DNA of 64,000 nt from Mobula hypostoma (taxonomy: Eukaryota): positions 13,952,001-14,016,000 of the forward strand of contig NC_086118.1 in NCBI RefSeq assembly GCF_963921235.1, given 5' to 3'. Every line of letters starts with the position of its first letter. Within the stretch, counting starts at the first letter, position 1. Of the stretch, positions 39,331 through 51,794 are shown piece after piece. The translations under genes and the position numbers were made by a program. The notes under the pieces are model-generated. The model was not told the origin of the DNA. It ran no database searches and saw only the letters and a program-made list of their open reading frames with translations.

Positions 39331-39694
39331 ATTCACACTAACAAAAGTGATGAAATATCTAAAGGTAATAAACAAACCGATTCCACTGCCAGGAGAGCAG
39401 TGGCAGATCTTTATGGGCATGTGATACCCCAACATATTCAGGCTGTTAAATTATTTTTCAAATTCTTTTGGTGAGCTTTCCAATTTCAGTGTGATACACC
39501 TAAGGCTGAAAAGATTTCATGGACTAGAGCACACTGTGTACAAGACGTTCAGTGCCTCTGGTATCACCCTGATGGTCATTGTGTGGTGCCTTCCATTGCC
39601 CTCCCCCGGCTTGCCCATACGTTACATGATTTGACGTGTGCGGGCATAGGAGGAATAGTGGGTATGATTGAAAATGAGTGATGTGCTCTTGGAT

Positions 39695-40300
39695 ATTAGA
39701 TTAGATTAGATTAGATTCAACTTTATTGTCATTGTGCCGAGTACAGATACAAAGCCAATGAAATGTAATTAGCATATGACCAGAAATGCAAAGAATAGTG
39801 TTATTTACAAAATAACTGTGAATAAAAAGTAAATGCTACAGTACACAAATATAAAAGTACTGAGACAGTACAATATGGGTGCAATACTGCTTAGCGCTGT
39901 GATGTGAGGTTCAGTAGGGTCACAGCCTCAGGGAAGAAGCTCTTCCCGTGCCTGCTGATGCGGGAGCAAAGGCTCCTGTAGCGCCTACCGGATGGGAGGA
40001 GAGTAAAAAGTCCATGATTAGGGTGAGATGCATCCTTGATAATGCTTTTCGCCCTGCCCAGGCAGTGTTTATGGTAGATGTTCTCAATGGTGGGCAATTG
40101 GGTGCCGATAATCCGCTGGGCAGTTTTCACCACACGCTGGAGTGCTTTGCGGTCTGATATGGGACAATTGCCATACCACACTGAGATGCAGTTGGTGAGT
40201 ATGCTCTCAATGGTACAGTGTTAAAAGTCCGTCAGTATCCTGGGACAGAGGTGAACTTTCTTGATGCTCTGCAGGAAATAAAGTTGCTCTTGTGCCTTTT
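39695..40300 (-). mobile_element. Rex1/Babar LINE 3' end, little decayed
   Basis: Open frame WYGNC..DRKALQRVVKTAQRIIG..HPNHGLFTLLPSGRRYRS..SFFPEAVTLLN; (attag)n tail at 39695-39716. Confidence 0.92.
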
Positions 40301-41560
40301 TGATGGGTTATATTTATATAATTGTATGTTTGTTTTCTCGGTGGGTAGAAATATATCCAGCTCATAGAAATGATGCTGTAGCTGTTGAAAAACTCTTATT
40401 ACAAGAATTTATTCCTAGGTTTGGAATCTCCAAAAAGATCTCAAGTGAAAACAGCCCCCACTTCACAGGCAAGGTGATACAGGAACCAATATAAGCACCA
40501 TTTCACCTATCATTATCCCCCACAATCTACTGGAGCAGTTAAAAGACAGAACAGAGCCCTGAAAAATAAGCTGCCTAAATTGTGTGAGGAAACTGGACTA
40601 AGGTGGCTGCACTCCAAACTATGTAATGGGACTACCTCTATTTGAGGTAGTATTGGGACATCCCATGCATTTGCCAGTCACTCCTCCCTTTTTGGTAAAA
40701 CAGATAGACACCCATGCTGTGAGTGACAACCTGTATTGTGTGGCACCTTTGCAAACTCTTGAAGGTTTCCATCACCAGGTATCAGGAGCCCAAAAGTTCT
40801 TGACAACTGTAGAGTACCATACCTACCAATCACAAGATTGGATACCGGTGAGAGCCTACCGATGAAAGATCTGCCTGGACCCCTACGGGGAAGGTCCATT
40901 CCAAGAGTTGCTGACCATATACACTGCTTTATGGATTCAAGAAAGGCCAACATGAAGACACACCTCGCACACTAAGCCAACGATGCCTCCAGGCCAGGGA
41001 ACAGGAGGCTAAAAAAACCTTGATGATAAGGACTGATGGACTCAACTTTTGATCTTTGCTATTTACTATCATAATTAACCAATATTCATTATACATTTTG
41101 GGTAACCTGGACATCTATTTTCTGCTAAAATGAAGAAATATCCAATGACACTAATAATCTCTACACTTTTCGTCCCCTTAGTTATGAATACGTACAGCGT
41201 ACTCACCAGTCAGGTTGTTGGGTGTGCTGTAGGGAGTTCCTATACATTCAGAAGGTGACTTGCTAATGGGGCCTATACCCCTGAATTGTAGAGAGTTTGA
41301 TTCTGGATTTTACTCTGATAACAAAACTAAAATTGTAAAGAGAGCAGGGAACCGTTCTGACCATAGGAATGACTCTTGCCAATGCAACTGTTTGAGAGTT
41401 GGTATCAACCCATTTCCAAAAGAATGCACAGCCCCCCAGCACTGAAGCTGCTCCATGGGGATAGGTGTGAAGTATGTTTCTGTAACCAGCAAGGAACAGG
41501 ACTAGTCTTGGGTAACAGTATGTTCAGTGCCCATACCACTAGCAACCCTCCAAACTGAAC
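40300..41560 (+). mobile_element. Endogenous retrovirus remnant (class I, gamma/epsilon-like): integrase core and C-terminus plus env SU start
   Basis: IVCLFSRWVEIYP..LLQEFIPRFGI..ISSENSPHFTG; PQSTGAV.RQN..LKNKL.KLCEETGL.W; GL.LFEVVLG.PM; EGPFQ; env-like SGCWVC (CWVC codons at 41216-41227) followed by PIHSEG..PIPLN. Confidence 0.8.
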
Positions 41561-41564
41561 TATT

Positions 41565-41860
41565 GGGATGGCAACATGGACTGTAGACTATGGTCTCTCT
41601 TTGGGGCTATGCTGTTGATTGCATGGTGGGTGGGGGCAGTGCTGTTGCGTTCTGCAAGAATAAGTTGGGGGGGACAGGGACAGGGAGGATTGATGCTGCT
41701 TGTGTATGGGAGGGAGACAAGGGGCTTTGGGGTTCTTACATCTTTTCTGTCATTCATCCTTTGGGTTGTTCTTCAGTTTCGAGGATGTCTGCAGAGAGTA
41801 AGAATTTCAGGTTGTATATAGTAGACATTCTCTGATATTAAATGGAACCATTGAATCATC
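41565..41860 (+). mobile_element. Non-autonomous retroposon 3' part with a Rex1-type tail
   Basis: G/T-rich body ending aagaatttcaggttgtatata..gatattaaatggaaccattgaa, similar to the tail near 21700-21772. Confidence 0.5.
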
Positions 41861-43099
41861 CTTTGTACTATATTGATATCAATTCTGTCTCACATGGACT
41901 CCACATGAGCATTGTCATTGCTATTGATTTATTATTGTCACATATACCTAGGTACAATAAAAAGCTTGTCTTGCATACTGTTCAAACAGATCAGGTCATT
42001 ACACAGTGTATTGAAGTAGAGCAAGGTTAAAACAATAACAAAAATTTAACAACCACAGAGAGTTACAAAAAAAAACAAACAAGACAACCACTGCCAATCT
42101 GTAAATAGTGATTTAATTGATTTGGAATGGTGTTATCCAAGAGAGTTCAAACCAGTAGTCATCGAGAATTAGAAATAAATGACAATTGACAAGAGCAAGT
42201 CATAAGACTGCTGTTGATTTTTGTAAGACTTGTATCCTTTCTTAATTTGGATCAGATGTGTCAAGAATTTGAGACGGTGTTATAAAATGACATTAAACAT
42301 GCCAGTCCAAATTTATTTATCTCTTTCCAACTGTGTTCAGAACAAGTTGTATTAGAGCTAGGAAAGCTTTGACATCTCACTGCGACTGAAGAAAAGATCA
42401 GGAGATAAGTGTGAACAGAATTGAGGACCTCACCCAGTGTTGGGGAGTTATTGATATTGTCACCGGACATCAGAAATGGTTCACATTTTATTTCAAAAGA
42501 TTCAAGTTCCTCACATTAATGAAGAAGTTAGTATATTCTGTCTGTATCCAGCTGGCTATGAGTTAATAGGAGACACGTGAGCCTGAACATTTTCTGAGGG
42601 TGAGAGAAAGCTAAAGGGGAATCTTCTTCCATAATTGCTTCATATTTCTCTCAACTCCCTGATGGAAACCACAATTGTCGTATTAGGTGTCTCTGGAAAT
42701 GATCAAAGACTAGCACATAACCTTATAAAATGTCAGCATTCCTTTTGTAACAGTGATATTAACCATCAAACTAATGTGCACCAGAGTCAGTAATGAAATA
42801 TTTCTATTCACCCTGTCTTCTTTCTTTTTAACTTTTAATTTATTTTTCTTTTAAACAGTCTGTTCTTTGTCCTTTTCTTTTTGTCTGTCCCAAGGGTTTA
42901 GCTTCAAGCTGTGGAGTGGAAAAATAACCGTTGTTTACAAGCTGAACCAGAAGGTACAGGATGATTTAAGCCAATAACGTTTATGCTCAAGACCACGACT
43001 AAATCAGGTATTGAATTCCTCTTGCAGTTGCAGGAGAATTAACTTCATGGGCAATGATTGGAAGCTCACTCATATCCAAATAATACAAACAACTTGTAA

Positions 43100-43260
43100 T
43101 GCCAGACACTGAGGCTATACAGCCCATCAATGCAATTTTAGGCTGTGGAAGGAAACCCGTGCACCTGGAGGAAATCCACACAGAGTAACAGAGAGTTTCG
43201 GAGGTCAGGATCAATCCTGGACAACTGGTGTTGTAGGCAGAGTTAATTGCTGCACTGTTA
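43100..43260 (-). mobile_element. V-domain SINE remnant (HE1-like)
   Basis: Reverse complement contains gtgtggatttcctccaggtgcacgggtttccttccaca and a B-box-like gattgatcctgacctc. Confidence 0.6.
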
Positions 43261-43619
43261 AGCATCCTCATTTATGAGACAATGATGGTTGGGAATATCA
43301 TTGAAGTTCATTGGGGCAAGCATCTAAATATTTAGCAGGCAAGGTAAAGGCAGAACCAAGTTCCATGGCAATGGAAAATATCTGCTTCTATCTTAAGTAA
43401 CCTCAGTGTACTGGAAGATTGGACTGATGACTGGCAAATAATGTTTAACATTAGCGTGTGGTCGGGATGGATTCTCAATATTCACTCTTTGCTCAGGGAA
43501 AAACACTGAAAAATATGGTTGCATCTTTAAATGTGCACAAGCAATTTTGGGAAGTGATAGCTAGGGCAAACATGGTATTATTATGCATTGAGTGGTGTAG
43601 AAGGAGACTATTTAGCCCA

Positions 43620-45000
43620 ACAGTCTATGTCAGAGCCTAGAAAAGCAAGCTCATCAGTCCCAATCTCCATTCTTTCCAAACAACTTGACAAATTAATCCC
43701 TCTGAAGTAACTATTCAATTCTATTTTGAAGACAATAAATGATCCAACTTCCATCTCCACTGCAACCAATGAATTCTTGATCCTAGTTATTTTTTGAGTG
43801 AAAAATACTCACCATCCTGCTTCTCCCTACCTATATTGTTAGCCCAGAGATTTAAATGTGCTCCCTAGTGCTTGCTCTAAATGGTAAAGGACATAGCATG
43901 CTTTCATTTAGACCAATCAAGAATCTGTACATCTTTGCCAATTCACCTCCACTCCCCACTCAAACTTTTGAATAGCATGGAGATCTCCAGCTGAATATTA
44001 TGAGTGAATTCACTTATTACAGCAACCCCTTTGGTACCCTCTCCAGGAGAGATTCAGCACACTTCCTGAAAAGTGATTAAATTAACTGGGTGCATTAACC
44101 CAGCTGCAACTTAACTATTGATTTACACAGGTTCAACTTAAATTCCTTACCTGTACTGTTACTCTTGATGATTCTCAGGATTCCATTTGCTCTGCCAAGC
44201 ATTCTATTAGTAACACAAGCCACTTTCAAAAATGTATTAATATATGTACTCAGAATGTCATATTATGTCATATTGTTGACAATGCTTCCTCTCATTCTTT
44301 CTGTCAAAATGCATCACTTCACAGTCCACTGCATTAAGTATTAACTGCCACTTGTTTGCCCTTTCAGCAACCTGCTTATGCCCGCTTGTAATCTATTAAT
44401 ATTTTCATCACTGTGTATCACATCTACAAAGTGTGTCACATCTACGTGTTTGGGATAATCCTTGCAAACCACAGGAGAACACCACTGTTCACTATCCTCC
44501 AGTCTGAGAAATAACCATTTGCCACTGCTCTGCTTTCTTCATTTAAACCAATCTCCTCACCATGCCTCTAACTCCATGCACCGCAGATTTGTGATTCACG
44601 CTTTTATGAAAGACTTTATCAAGCACCTTTAGAAAGTCCGTGTAAATATCTATTGTTTCCCTTCAACCTTCTCTATTACCTCTTAAAAATATTCAGTCGG
44701 GTTAATCAAACATAATTTACATTCAAATGATCTATGCTGGCTTTCTTTTATTTGACTTCAAAATTTTCCTTGATTAGTGAGTCTGAAGCTTCTCCACGTC
44801 CAAGGTTAAGTTAATTGCCTGTAGCTTCTTGGCCTGTTCTAAACCCCACTTTGAAAAAAATAGTTGCAAATGCAATTTTCCATATCCTAGTACTTCCATG
44901 CTTTCATGGAGCAGTAGGTTATGGTAAGCCCTTTTACAACCGCCATGCCCATCTCCTTAAGCCATCCAGGCTGCATTGCATCCACATCTGAGGACTTACT
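43620..45000 (-). mobile_element. Ancient, heavily decayed CR1 RT region
   Basis: Minus-strand remnants KWQL..N...CEVMHF near 44305-44360 and DIYTDF.K.LDKV near 44610-44650. Confidence 0.6.
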
Positions 45001-45197
45001 GAGCACAACCAGCCATTCTAGTTTTGTTTTAATCAAATGTTATCCCATTATCTCTGATGCCTCTCATTGGTGTGAGATTTCCATACAGTATATACTGCAG
45101 TGCAGGCCTCTTTACCATTGACAGTCCTTTGAACACTTCTGTTGTAACTATGTTTTCTTGATTAAATACCTTTCCCTTGCTCTTTGCCTTTGTCTAT

Positions 45198-46053
45198 TGT
45201 GACGAGAATACACATAGATAAGATGTTAGCTGTCCTGTGTGATCAGCAGTTGGTCAGCCACCTGTCTTCAAGAGAGAGATAAGGAACACAATGAAACAGC
45301 ATCCGGAGATGTGTAATGAAGGGACGGGAGAGAGAGAGCTGTCTGGAGCGGCTCCCGCCTTTGAACCCTGAACTGTTTGAAGTGATGGACAGGCGATACC
45401 CCAGCAGGGGGATAAAAAGGGACCGGTTCGCTAAGGCAGACACACACGACACCCGAGGTAACGAGACCCTGGAAGCGGTGCGCCTCTCACGAGTCAGTGG
45501 GAAGTACCAGGCCACAAACGCACAGGGTGGAAAGGTACGATCAGCGGGAACCCGGTGTGTGTCCGCCCTTGCTTGGGTGCCGGGTTCACTGCAGAGGATC
45601 AACCGCATCTGGAGGAGGGGTCACAGTCGGTGACCTCAGGTGACATCACCAAGGACCTGCCCAAAAGCTGCTTGTGAGCAATTATCGCCGGTCTGTGAGT
45701 GGAAGCCGTTTCTGAATGATGAGTCGTTCCCGTTCTCTCTCTCTCTCTCTCTCCCCCCACGTTGTCCATCACCATGGTAACGATTACTGCGAACTGAACT
45801 AAATTGGACTGAACTTTTGTGTCACTTTGAAATTTGGTCATTTACCCCTAGACAACGATAGAGCTTGATTGATGCTGTTATCTTAATTCTGTGCACATGT
45901 GTGTTTATCATTGCTGAACTGTTGCATTTATTATCCTTTCGATTACTGTGTTGCTTGTTTCTTTAATAAAACTTTCTTAGTTCTAGTAATCCAGACTCCA
46001 ACTGAGTGATCCATTTCTGCTGGTTTGGCAACCCAGTTACGGGGTACGTAACA
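45198..46053 (+). mobile_element. Solo LTR, 856 bp, 4-bp TSD
   Basis: Ends TGTGACG...CGTAACA; CTAT at 45194-45197 and 46054-46057; GATAAAAAGG at 45411; AATAAA at 45965; CpG-rich. Confidence 0.88.
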
Positions 46054-46284
46054 CTATCAATGTAAGATTGCTCCTGCTCCTATTTATCTAATCTTTAGGC
46101 TGTGAGTAACACTGTTTAAATGAAGACAATGCTTTGTTCTTCCAGTAGATTCAAACACCACCCCTGCACAGCTGAATTTGTATCTGATTGCATTCATTAT
46201 ATACAAGAAATTATTTGAACTTTTTCCATTCTAAGAAAGAGTGCAGAGAAGAGTTAAAATAGCAATAGATGAAAGGCTAGGGTT

Positions 46285-46630
46285 TGAAAGTTCAAAGTTC
46301 AAAGTAATTTTTATTATCCAAGTGCATATGTTACCATATACAACCATGAGATTCATTTTCTTCTGGGCATACACAACAAATTTGTAGAATAATAGCTATA
46401 ACAGAGTCAATGAAAGACTGCCCAAGCAGGACATTCAATCAGAGTGCAGAAGACAACAAACTCGAGGCAAGTGAAGTTGAGTGAAGTTATCCCCTTTGGT
46501 TCAAGAGCCTGGTGGCTGAAGGATAATAACTGTTCCTGAACTTGGTGGTGTGAGTTCGGAGACTTTTGTACCTTCTTCCTGATTGCAGCAGTAAGAAGAG
46601 AGTGTGTCCTGGGCAGTGTGGGTTGTATGT
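46285..46630 (-). mobile_element. Rex1/Babar 3' end
   Basis: (ttcaaag)n tail; the ctgttcctgaac..gtaccttcttcctga segment is shared with other Rex1 copies in the window. Confidence 0.75.
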
Positions 46631-46634
46631 AGGG

Positions 46635-46950
46635 AGGCACAATGCACAGATGGAGCTGCTGACTCCTAGCTCCAGCAGCCTCGGTTCAATCCTGACCTCA
46701 GAGGCTGTCTGTGTGCGGTTTGCATGCTCTCCCTATAAATGAATGGTGTCTTTCAGGTGCTCCACTTTCTTCCCACATTCCAAAGACTTGAAAGGTTGAA
46801 TATAGCTAAAGAGTGGAGGTGACACGTAGAACCAGTGGGAGTTCGATATGTAGATAACAAAAATAAGGTAATGGGATTTGTGTAGGACAGGTGTAAAATC
46901 AATGCATCCAACAAAGGGAGACTTGACATAGCGAAGTGCAGACACAGTGG
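46635..46950 (+). mobile_element. tRNA-derived V-domain SINE (HE1-like), decayed
   Basis: B-box GGTTCAATCC near 46683; V-domain-like tgtgtgcggtttgcatgctctccc...ggtgctccactttcttcccacattccaaagac. Confidence 0.7.
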
Positions 46951-46999
46951 CTAATCCGGTCTCAATAATCGTGCCAACCTTAAATTCTTAGACAGTGTT

Positions 47000-47479
47000 T
47001 CAAAGTTTCTAGTCAGAGATTTCTGTCGTTCAAAGCTCTGCAAATGCAGCACTGTTGAACTCTGAGACAAATACATTTGATCGGCCAGCAGCAGTTATAG
47101 TGGTGCTCAACAGACCCGGGACACTAGAACTGGTGACAGCCGCCTGGGCTGAGCATCTCAGCCAAAGGAGCAGCAGAAGCAGGCAGTGTGCAAGGCAGAA
47201 GCAGAAATGTGGCAAGAGAGTTGGGATGTTAGCGAGGCTAAGAGATAACCCAGCCAGACTGGCAATAAAATGTACTCACTGACTCTAAGAATGAACACAG
47301 AGAAGGAGCTGAGAAACTGCTGCATTCTTGTTTCACCAAAAAATGCTTAAACAACAACTTGGCTGACAGAATTTCAACTTGATGGAATGACTGTTCCCCG
47401 CAGACAGAAACTTCCCGTCAGGTAATCCAAAGGAGGTGGAATCTGTGAGTGTACATTAACAAAGGTTGGTGCACAAACT
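47000..47479 (+). mobile_element. Rex1/Babar 5' end and start of APE domain
   Basis: RQCARQKQKCGKRVGMLARLR..PAR; ELRNCCIL; ADR..KGGGIC..YINKGWCTN remnants. Confidence 0.7.
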
Positions 47480-48105
47480 CGGGGGTCCCCAACCTTTTTT
47501 GCACCGTGGACCGGTTTAATGTTGACAATATTCTTGCGGACCAGCCGACCGGTGGTGGTGGGGGGGGGGGGGGGGGTGTTAATCTCGACCGGAATATAGG
47601 TGATAAGTCAACTAGTGGCTAATACACTCAATTTCATTTCTAAAAGGGTTTATCTAATGAATTTAATATTAAACACACAAAGCATATTTTCCCCATATGA
47701 ACATATAAAATCATTGCAACACACCAATATCGCTGAATCTGTGGGAGCCCTGGGCTTGTTTTCCTGCAACAAGACAGTGCCATCGAGGGGTGATGGGAGA
47801 CAGCGATACTCGAAGGGGGTTCCTTATGTCCAGTCTATTCCGCAAGTCAGTTTTCGTTGCATTCATTGCAGTAAACTCCGTGTCACAGCGATATGAGGTT
47901 GGAAATGGAAGCAACATTTTCAGTGTTTTCATGGCTATCTCAGGATAATCAGCCTTGACTTTGATCCAGAATGCTGGCAGAGATGTTATGACAAACATAC
48001 TTTTCAGCCCACCGTCATTTGCAAGCTCGAGGAGTTGATCTTCTTCCCGCACTGACATGGATGACGCGTGGGTAATGACCTCGCAGGTCAAACTGGAAGC
48101 CATTT
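47480..48105 (-). mobile_element. hAT (Charlie/Buster group) DNA transposon 3' end with one TIR
   Basis: FWIKVKADYPEIA..LLPFPTSY.C..F.AM.ATKT.LRNRLD..LRVSLSPI.PRW..LVAGKQAQGSH (dimerisation domain). TIR-like CGGGGGTCCCCAACCTTTTT at 47480. Confidence 0.88.
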
Positions 48106-50160
48106 GTTATAAATAAATATGTGTTAGTTTTGATCAGCGAGGCAAGAGAGCACGTTGTGTCCTGAAACTGCCATTGTTCAATGAATTTGCCAAGAGAGAT
48201 TCAGGTGAGAGCCTAAAAATTGCATATTGATAATCTAAGTCCTCTAGCGTCTATGCAGTTTACCAGCAAAATAACCAATAACTGAAAATGCTCCAAACAA
48301 TGATTCAATATATATTTAGCAGCCAGTAGGGCCAGAGGCGTAGATGAAAAAGTGGAAGTGTCTAACTTTCTACACGTAATTGGCAAAGATGCTTTGGACA
48401 CCTATAATAGCTTTCACATTGCTGAGACAGCCTTTACATTGGACACACTAATGACAATATTTGAGGAGTATTGTGAAAACGTCACACTTGAAGGATATAA
48501 TTTCTTTTCCTGTGACCAGAAACAAGGTGTTAGCCTTGACCAATACTTAGCTGTGTCATACGGAGGAGGGCTGGGAACGGACCCAAGTGCAAGACACAGA
48601 CACTGAAGTACTAGGGACAGGACTAGGATACAGGCTGAGGGCAAGGACATGGACAGGAAAATTGGGAACCCGGAACAGGACTGGACAAGAGAGCTAAGAC
48701 CCCGGGCTTGGACTCCGAGCCAGAGACTGGACAAGGACCCAGTACCTGGGTCTTGCCTTTGGCTCCGACCCCAGAACTAGGCAAGGACGAGGCTTGGCAG
48801 GCAGGCAGGATGAGGCTGGAGTCTTCAGGCTTGAGGCTAGAGGCTAGAGGCTAGAGACTTGAGGCCAGGCTTGGCAGGTGGCTAGAGACTTGAGCCTAGG
48901 TAGGAGGCTGGAGTCTTCAGGCTTGAGGCTAGGCAGGAGGCTGGAGTCTTCAGGCTTGAGGCTAGGCAGGCTCCTCCTGGGCAGGGCACGGTTCACCTGG
49001 GCAGGGCGCAGTACTCAAGGGCAGGGTGTGGTCCCCCGGGCAGGGCGCAGATCACCACCCGCAGGTAACAGCAAGACGGCCTGGCTTACACGACGGAGGC
49101 AAGGGGCAGGAAGGGACAGAACCCACCGCAGGTAACGGCAAGACAGCCTGGCTTACCCGACGGAGGCAAGGGACAGGAAGGGACAGGACCAACCGCAGGT
49201 AATGGCAAGACGGCCTGGCTTACCCGACAGAGGCAAGGGACAGGAAAGGACAGAACCCAACCGCAGGTAACGGCAAGACAGCCTGGCTTACCTGGGCAGA
49301 GGCAAGGGACTGGAGGGGAGCTAGGAAAAGGGTGGCTCCAGGACAAGACTGAAGGTGAGACGAGGTGAGAGTTACCAGCAAGACAAGGAAAGGCTTCAGG
49401 CAATGCAAGGTGAGACGAGAACTTCAGGTGAGGCGAGAGTTACTGGCAAGACAAGGCAAGGGTTCTGGCAAAGCAAGGCGAGACAAGAACTTCAGGCGAG
49501 GCGAGAGTTACCGGCAAGACAAGGCAGGGCTTCAGGCAAGGAAATAGAAGGCAGAGAAAGAGATACAAGGAGTAAGGACAAGAACAATCCAGCAGCCATA
49601 CCCTGGTCTCTGAAGGTATTTATGAAGCCAGCCTCAAAGAGCATCAGCTGCCTCAATTAGAGCTCAACAAGAACAAACAGGGTAGACAGGAAACCTTGGA
49701 GCAAGGTTCGATGGATCGGACCGTGAACCGGAATACGGCTTCACGGACTGGACCATGACAAGCTGAGCTTCACACAGTCAGTAAGTTCAGTGAGTTTGGA
49801 GATTTGAGAGACTCACTAGTTAGAGACAAAATAGTTTGTGGAACCTCAAATAATGGGCTCAGAGAAAGATTATTCCGTGAATAAGATATAATGCTGGAAG
49901 AGGCTGTAAGTATGTGTAGGGCAGCAGAGACTACATGATCTCAAACTGAGGGGCTACACAGAGCAGAAACGGCAGAGCATGCTGTGAAAGCAGAGGGGCA
50001 GAGCACAAGGTTTTTCCCAAAACAAAAGCATAGCAAAAGGTAGGCTCAAATAGAAAACGCAGCAGAAGTGGAGGTAGGCACATCCCTAAGACATGTCCTG
50101 CAGTAATTGTGAGAAGAAGAATCATTTGGCAAAGTGCTGCAAAGCTGAGGCTACCAAGAG
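48105..50160 (+). mobile_element. Gypsy gag fragment, interrupted by a solo LTR
   Basis: FLHVIGKDALDTYNSF..FEEYC..DQKQGVSLDQYLA | ELHTVSKF.EFGDLRDSLVRDKIVCG..LRERL.RE; decayed Zn knuckle near 50070-50140. Confidence 0.85.
48554..49760 (-). mobile_element. Solo LTR, 1207 bp, 5-bp TSD, with internal tandem repeats
   Basis: Ends TGTCAT...ATGACA; AGCTG at 48549-48553 and 49761-49765. Minus strand has CATAAATA and a U5-like TGCACTTGGGTCC near its 3' end. Confidence 0.9.
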
Positions 50161-50169
50161 CATGCTACT

Positions 50170-51224
50170 GGGTCTACGTAAGGCAGCGGGCCAGACAACA
50201 TCCCAGGCCAAGTACGCTGGGAGTGTCCACAACAGTAACTAATGTCTTCATGGACATCTTCAACACTTCACACATCCAGGCTGCTGTCGCCACATACTTC
50301 AAACCAGACACCATCATCCCTGTACCAAAAATTCTACACTTTCAGAACTAAAGGACCACTGCCCAGTGGCACTGATACCAATCATCATGATATGCTTTGA
50401 ATGACTGATAATGGCACATATCAAAATCTCCATTTCTGCCTCATTAGACATTCACGAATATACTTACTGACAGAACCCTTGTATGACAGATGTCACAGTG
50501 GAGATCTGTCATGCACCTGGCCCTAACATACCTAGAAAACAAGGACACTTATGTCAGAATGTTTTTTCTGGATTTCAGTTTGGCATTCAGCACTATTGTG
50601 CCGCAGATCTTGGTGAACAAACTCCAACTAAATACACCACTATGCAACTAGGTGTTGGACTTCCTAACAAACAGACCTCAGATAGTCAGGGTGCACAACC
50701 GCTCTTCCCTCTCCATCATCCTCAACACGGGTCCTCCTCATGCATGACTGTGTGACCAAACACCTGAGCACATTGCGAAGTTTGCTGTTGACATGACAGT
50801 AGGCTGAGGGGTGGGAGGGGCTCATCGCCAGCAATGATAATATGACCTACAGAGAGGATGTGGAAGAGCTCGAGGGCTGGTGCCAGTCAAATAACCTTTT
50901 CCTCAATGTCAACAAGACAGAAGAAATGGTTATCGACTTCAGGAGAACTTGCATTCCTCACACCCCAATTTATGTCGGCAGCACAGCAGTGGAAACTGCA
51001 AGCCATTTCAAACTCCTGGGAGTGCACATCACACACAATCTCTGAACATATCCTAGACAGAACATATCCTACACAGTCAAGAAAGCTTACCAAACATCCA
51101 CTTTCTGAGGATTACCAAAGCTTACCAAAGCATTCACCTTATATACAGTCTAGCATCACCTTATGGACACACAATCAATCTAATTACCTTTATTGTGGTC
51201 ATTTTACTATTATTGTCTTCTTTA
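50170..51224 (+). mobile_element. Rex1/Babar RT fragment; its 3' UTR continues at 54794-54890
   Basis: RKAAGPDNIPG, DIFNTS..TIIPVPK, YREDVEELEGWCQSNNLFLNVNKTEEMVIDFRR..FKLLGVHI. Confidence 0.85.
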
Positions 51225-51794
51225 TGTTATGTTTTGTAACTTTAAAACATTAAACTAATTCAAAAGAAGACATGGGAGTCCAGGAATGTGAGCTAACTTC
51301 GAGTTTACTCTAAGCAAGGCATGCATATATCACAAGGTGGTGTGATGTTGTATGCAATTAATGTATTTTTACATCTAACCCATAATTGATTATTTAAATG
51401 AACATGGATGCTTAACGTAACTTATATACACTATTACTCAAAAATTATTGAAATACTAAATACACAACACCCCTCCCTGATTAGCTCTAAACTCCAACCC
51501 AATGGAGAATGCATCTCAACTATATATGCAGTATATTACATAATGCAACAACTATATACAGACATCCACAGCATAGTAAATTTTAAACTGTTCCATTTCG
51601 GCTGAAAGACTTAATCACTGTAGAAGCTTTCTTACTCTTGTGGGGTAATGTTTTTCCTGACAAGAGGGATCACTCTGCCTGGCAGGTGAGGCTTGTGGCT
51701 GTGAAAACAATCTCAGGTTCTGGGAGCCCTCTGTGGTGATTGAAGGAGTTGACTTTGAGACTGCTGGGAGGGATTCCGACAGCTGTAGCCACTT

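Noticed and set aside
39891..40181. Clean ORF that might be annotated as a DUF1891/ALKBH8-like host protein
   Set aside because: It is the repeated Rex1/Babar C-terminus, present many times in the window and followed by a retroposon tail.
46645..46705. tRNA gene
   Set aside because: Only a B-box remnant followed by a SINE V-domain; no cloverleaf.
47711..48103. SCAND3/ZBED-like host gene
   Set aside because: Only the C-terminal part is present, next to a TIR and with conserved residues mutated; transposon remnant.
48800..49545. Regularly spaced repeats resembling a CRISPR array
   Set aside because: Intervening sequences are themselves repeated, there are no cas genes, and the arrays lie inside a TSD-flanked eukaryotic LTR.
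51216..51224. TSD for the 51225-54793 Gypsy (tcttcttt on both flanks)
   Set aside because: Length and register do not fit a clean 4-6 bp TSD and the flanks are low complexity; left unresolved.
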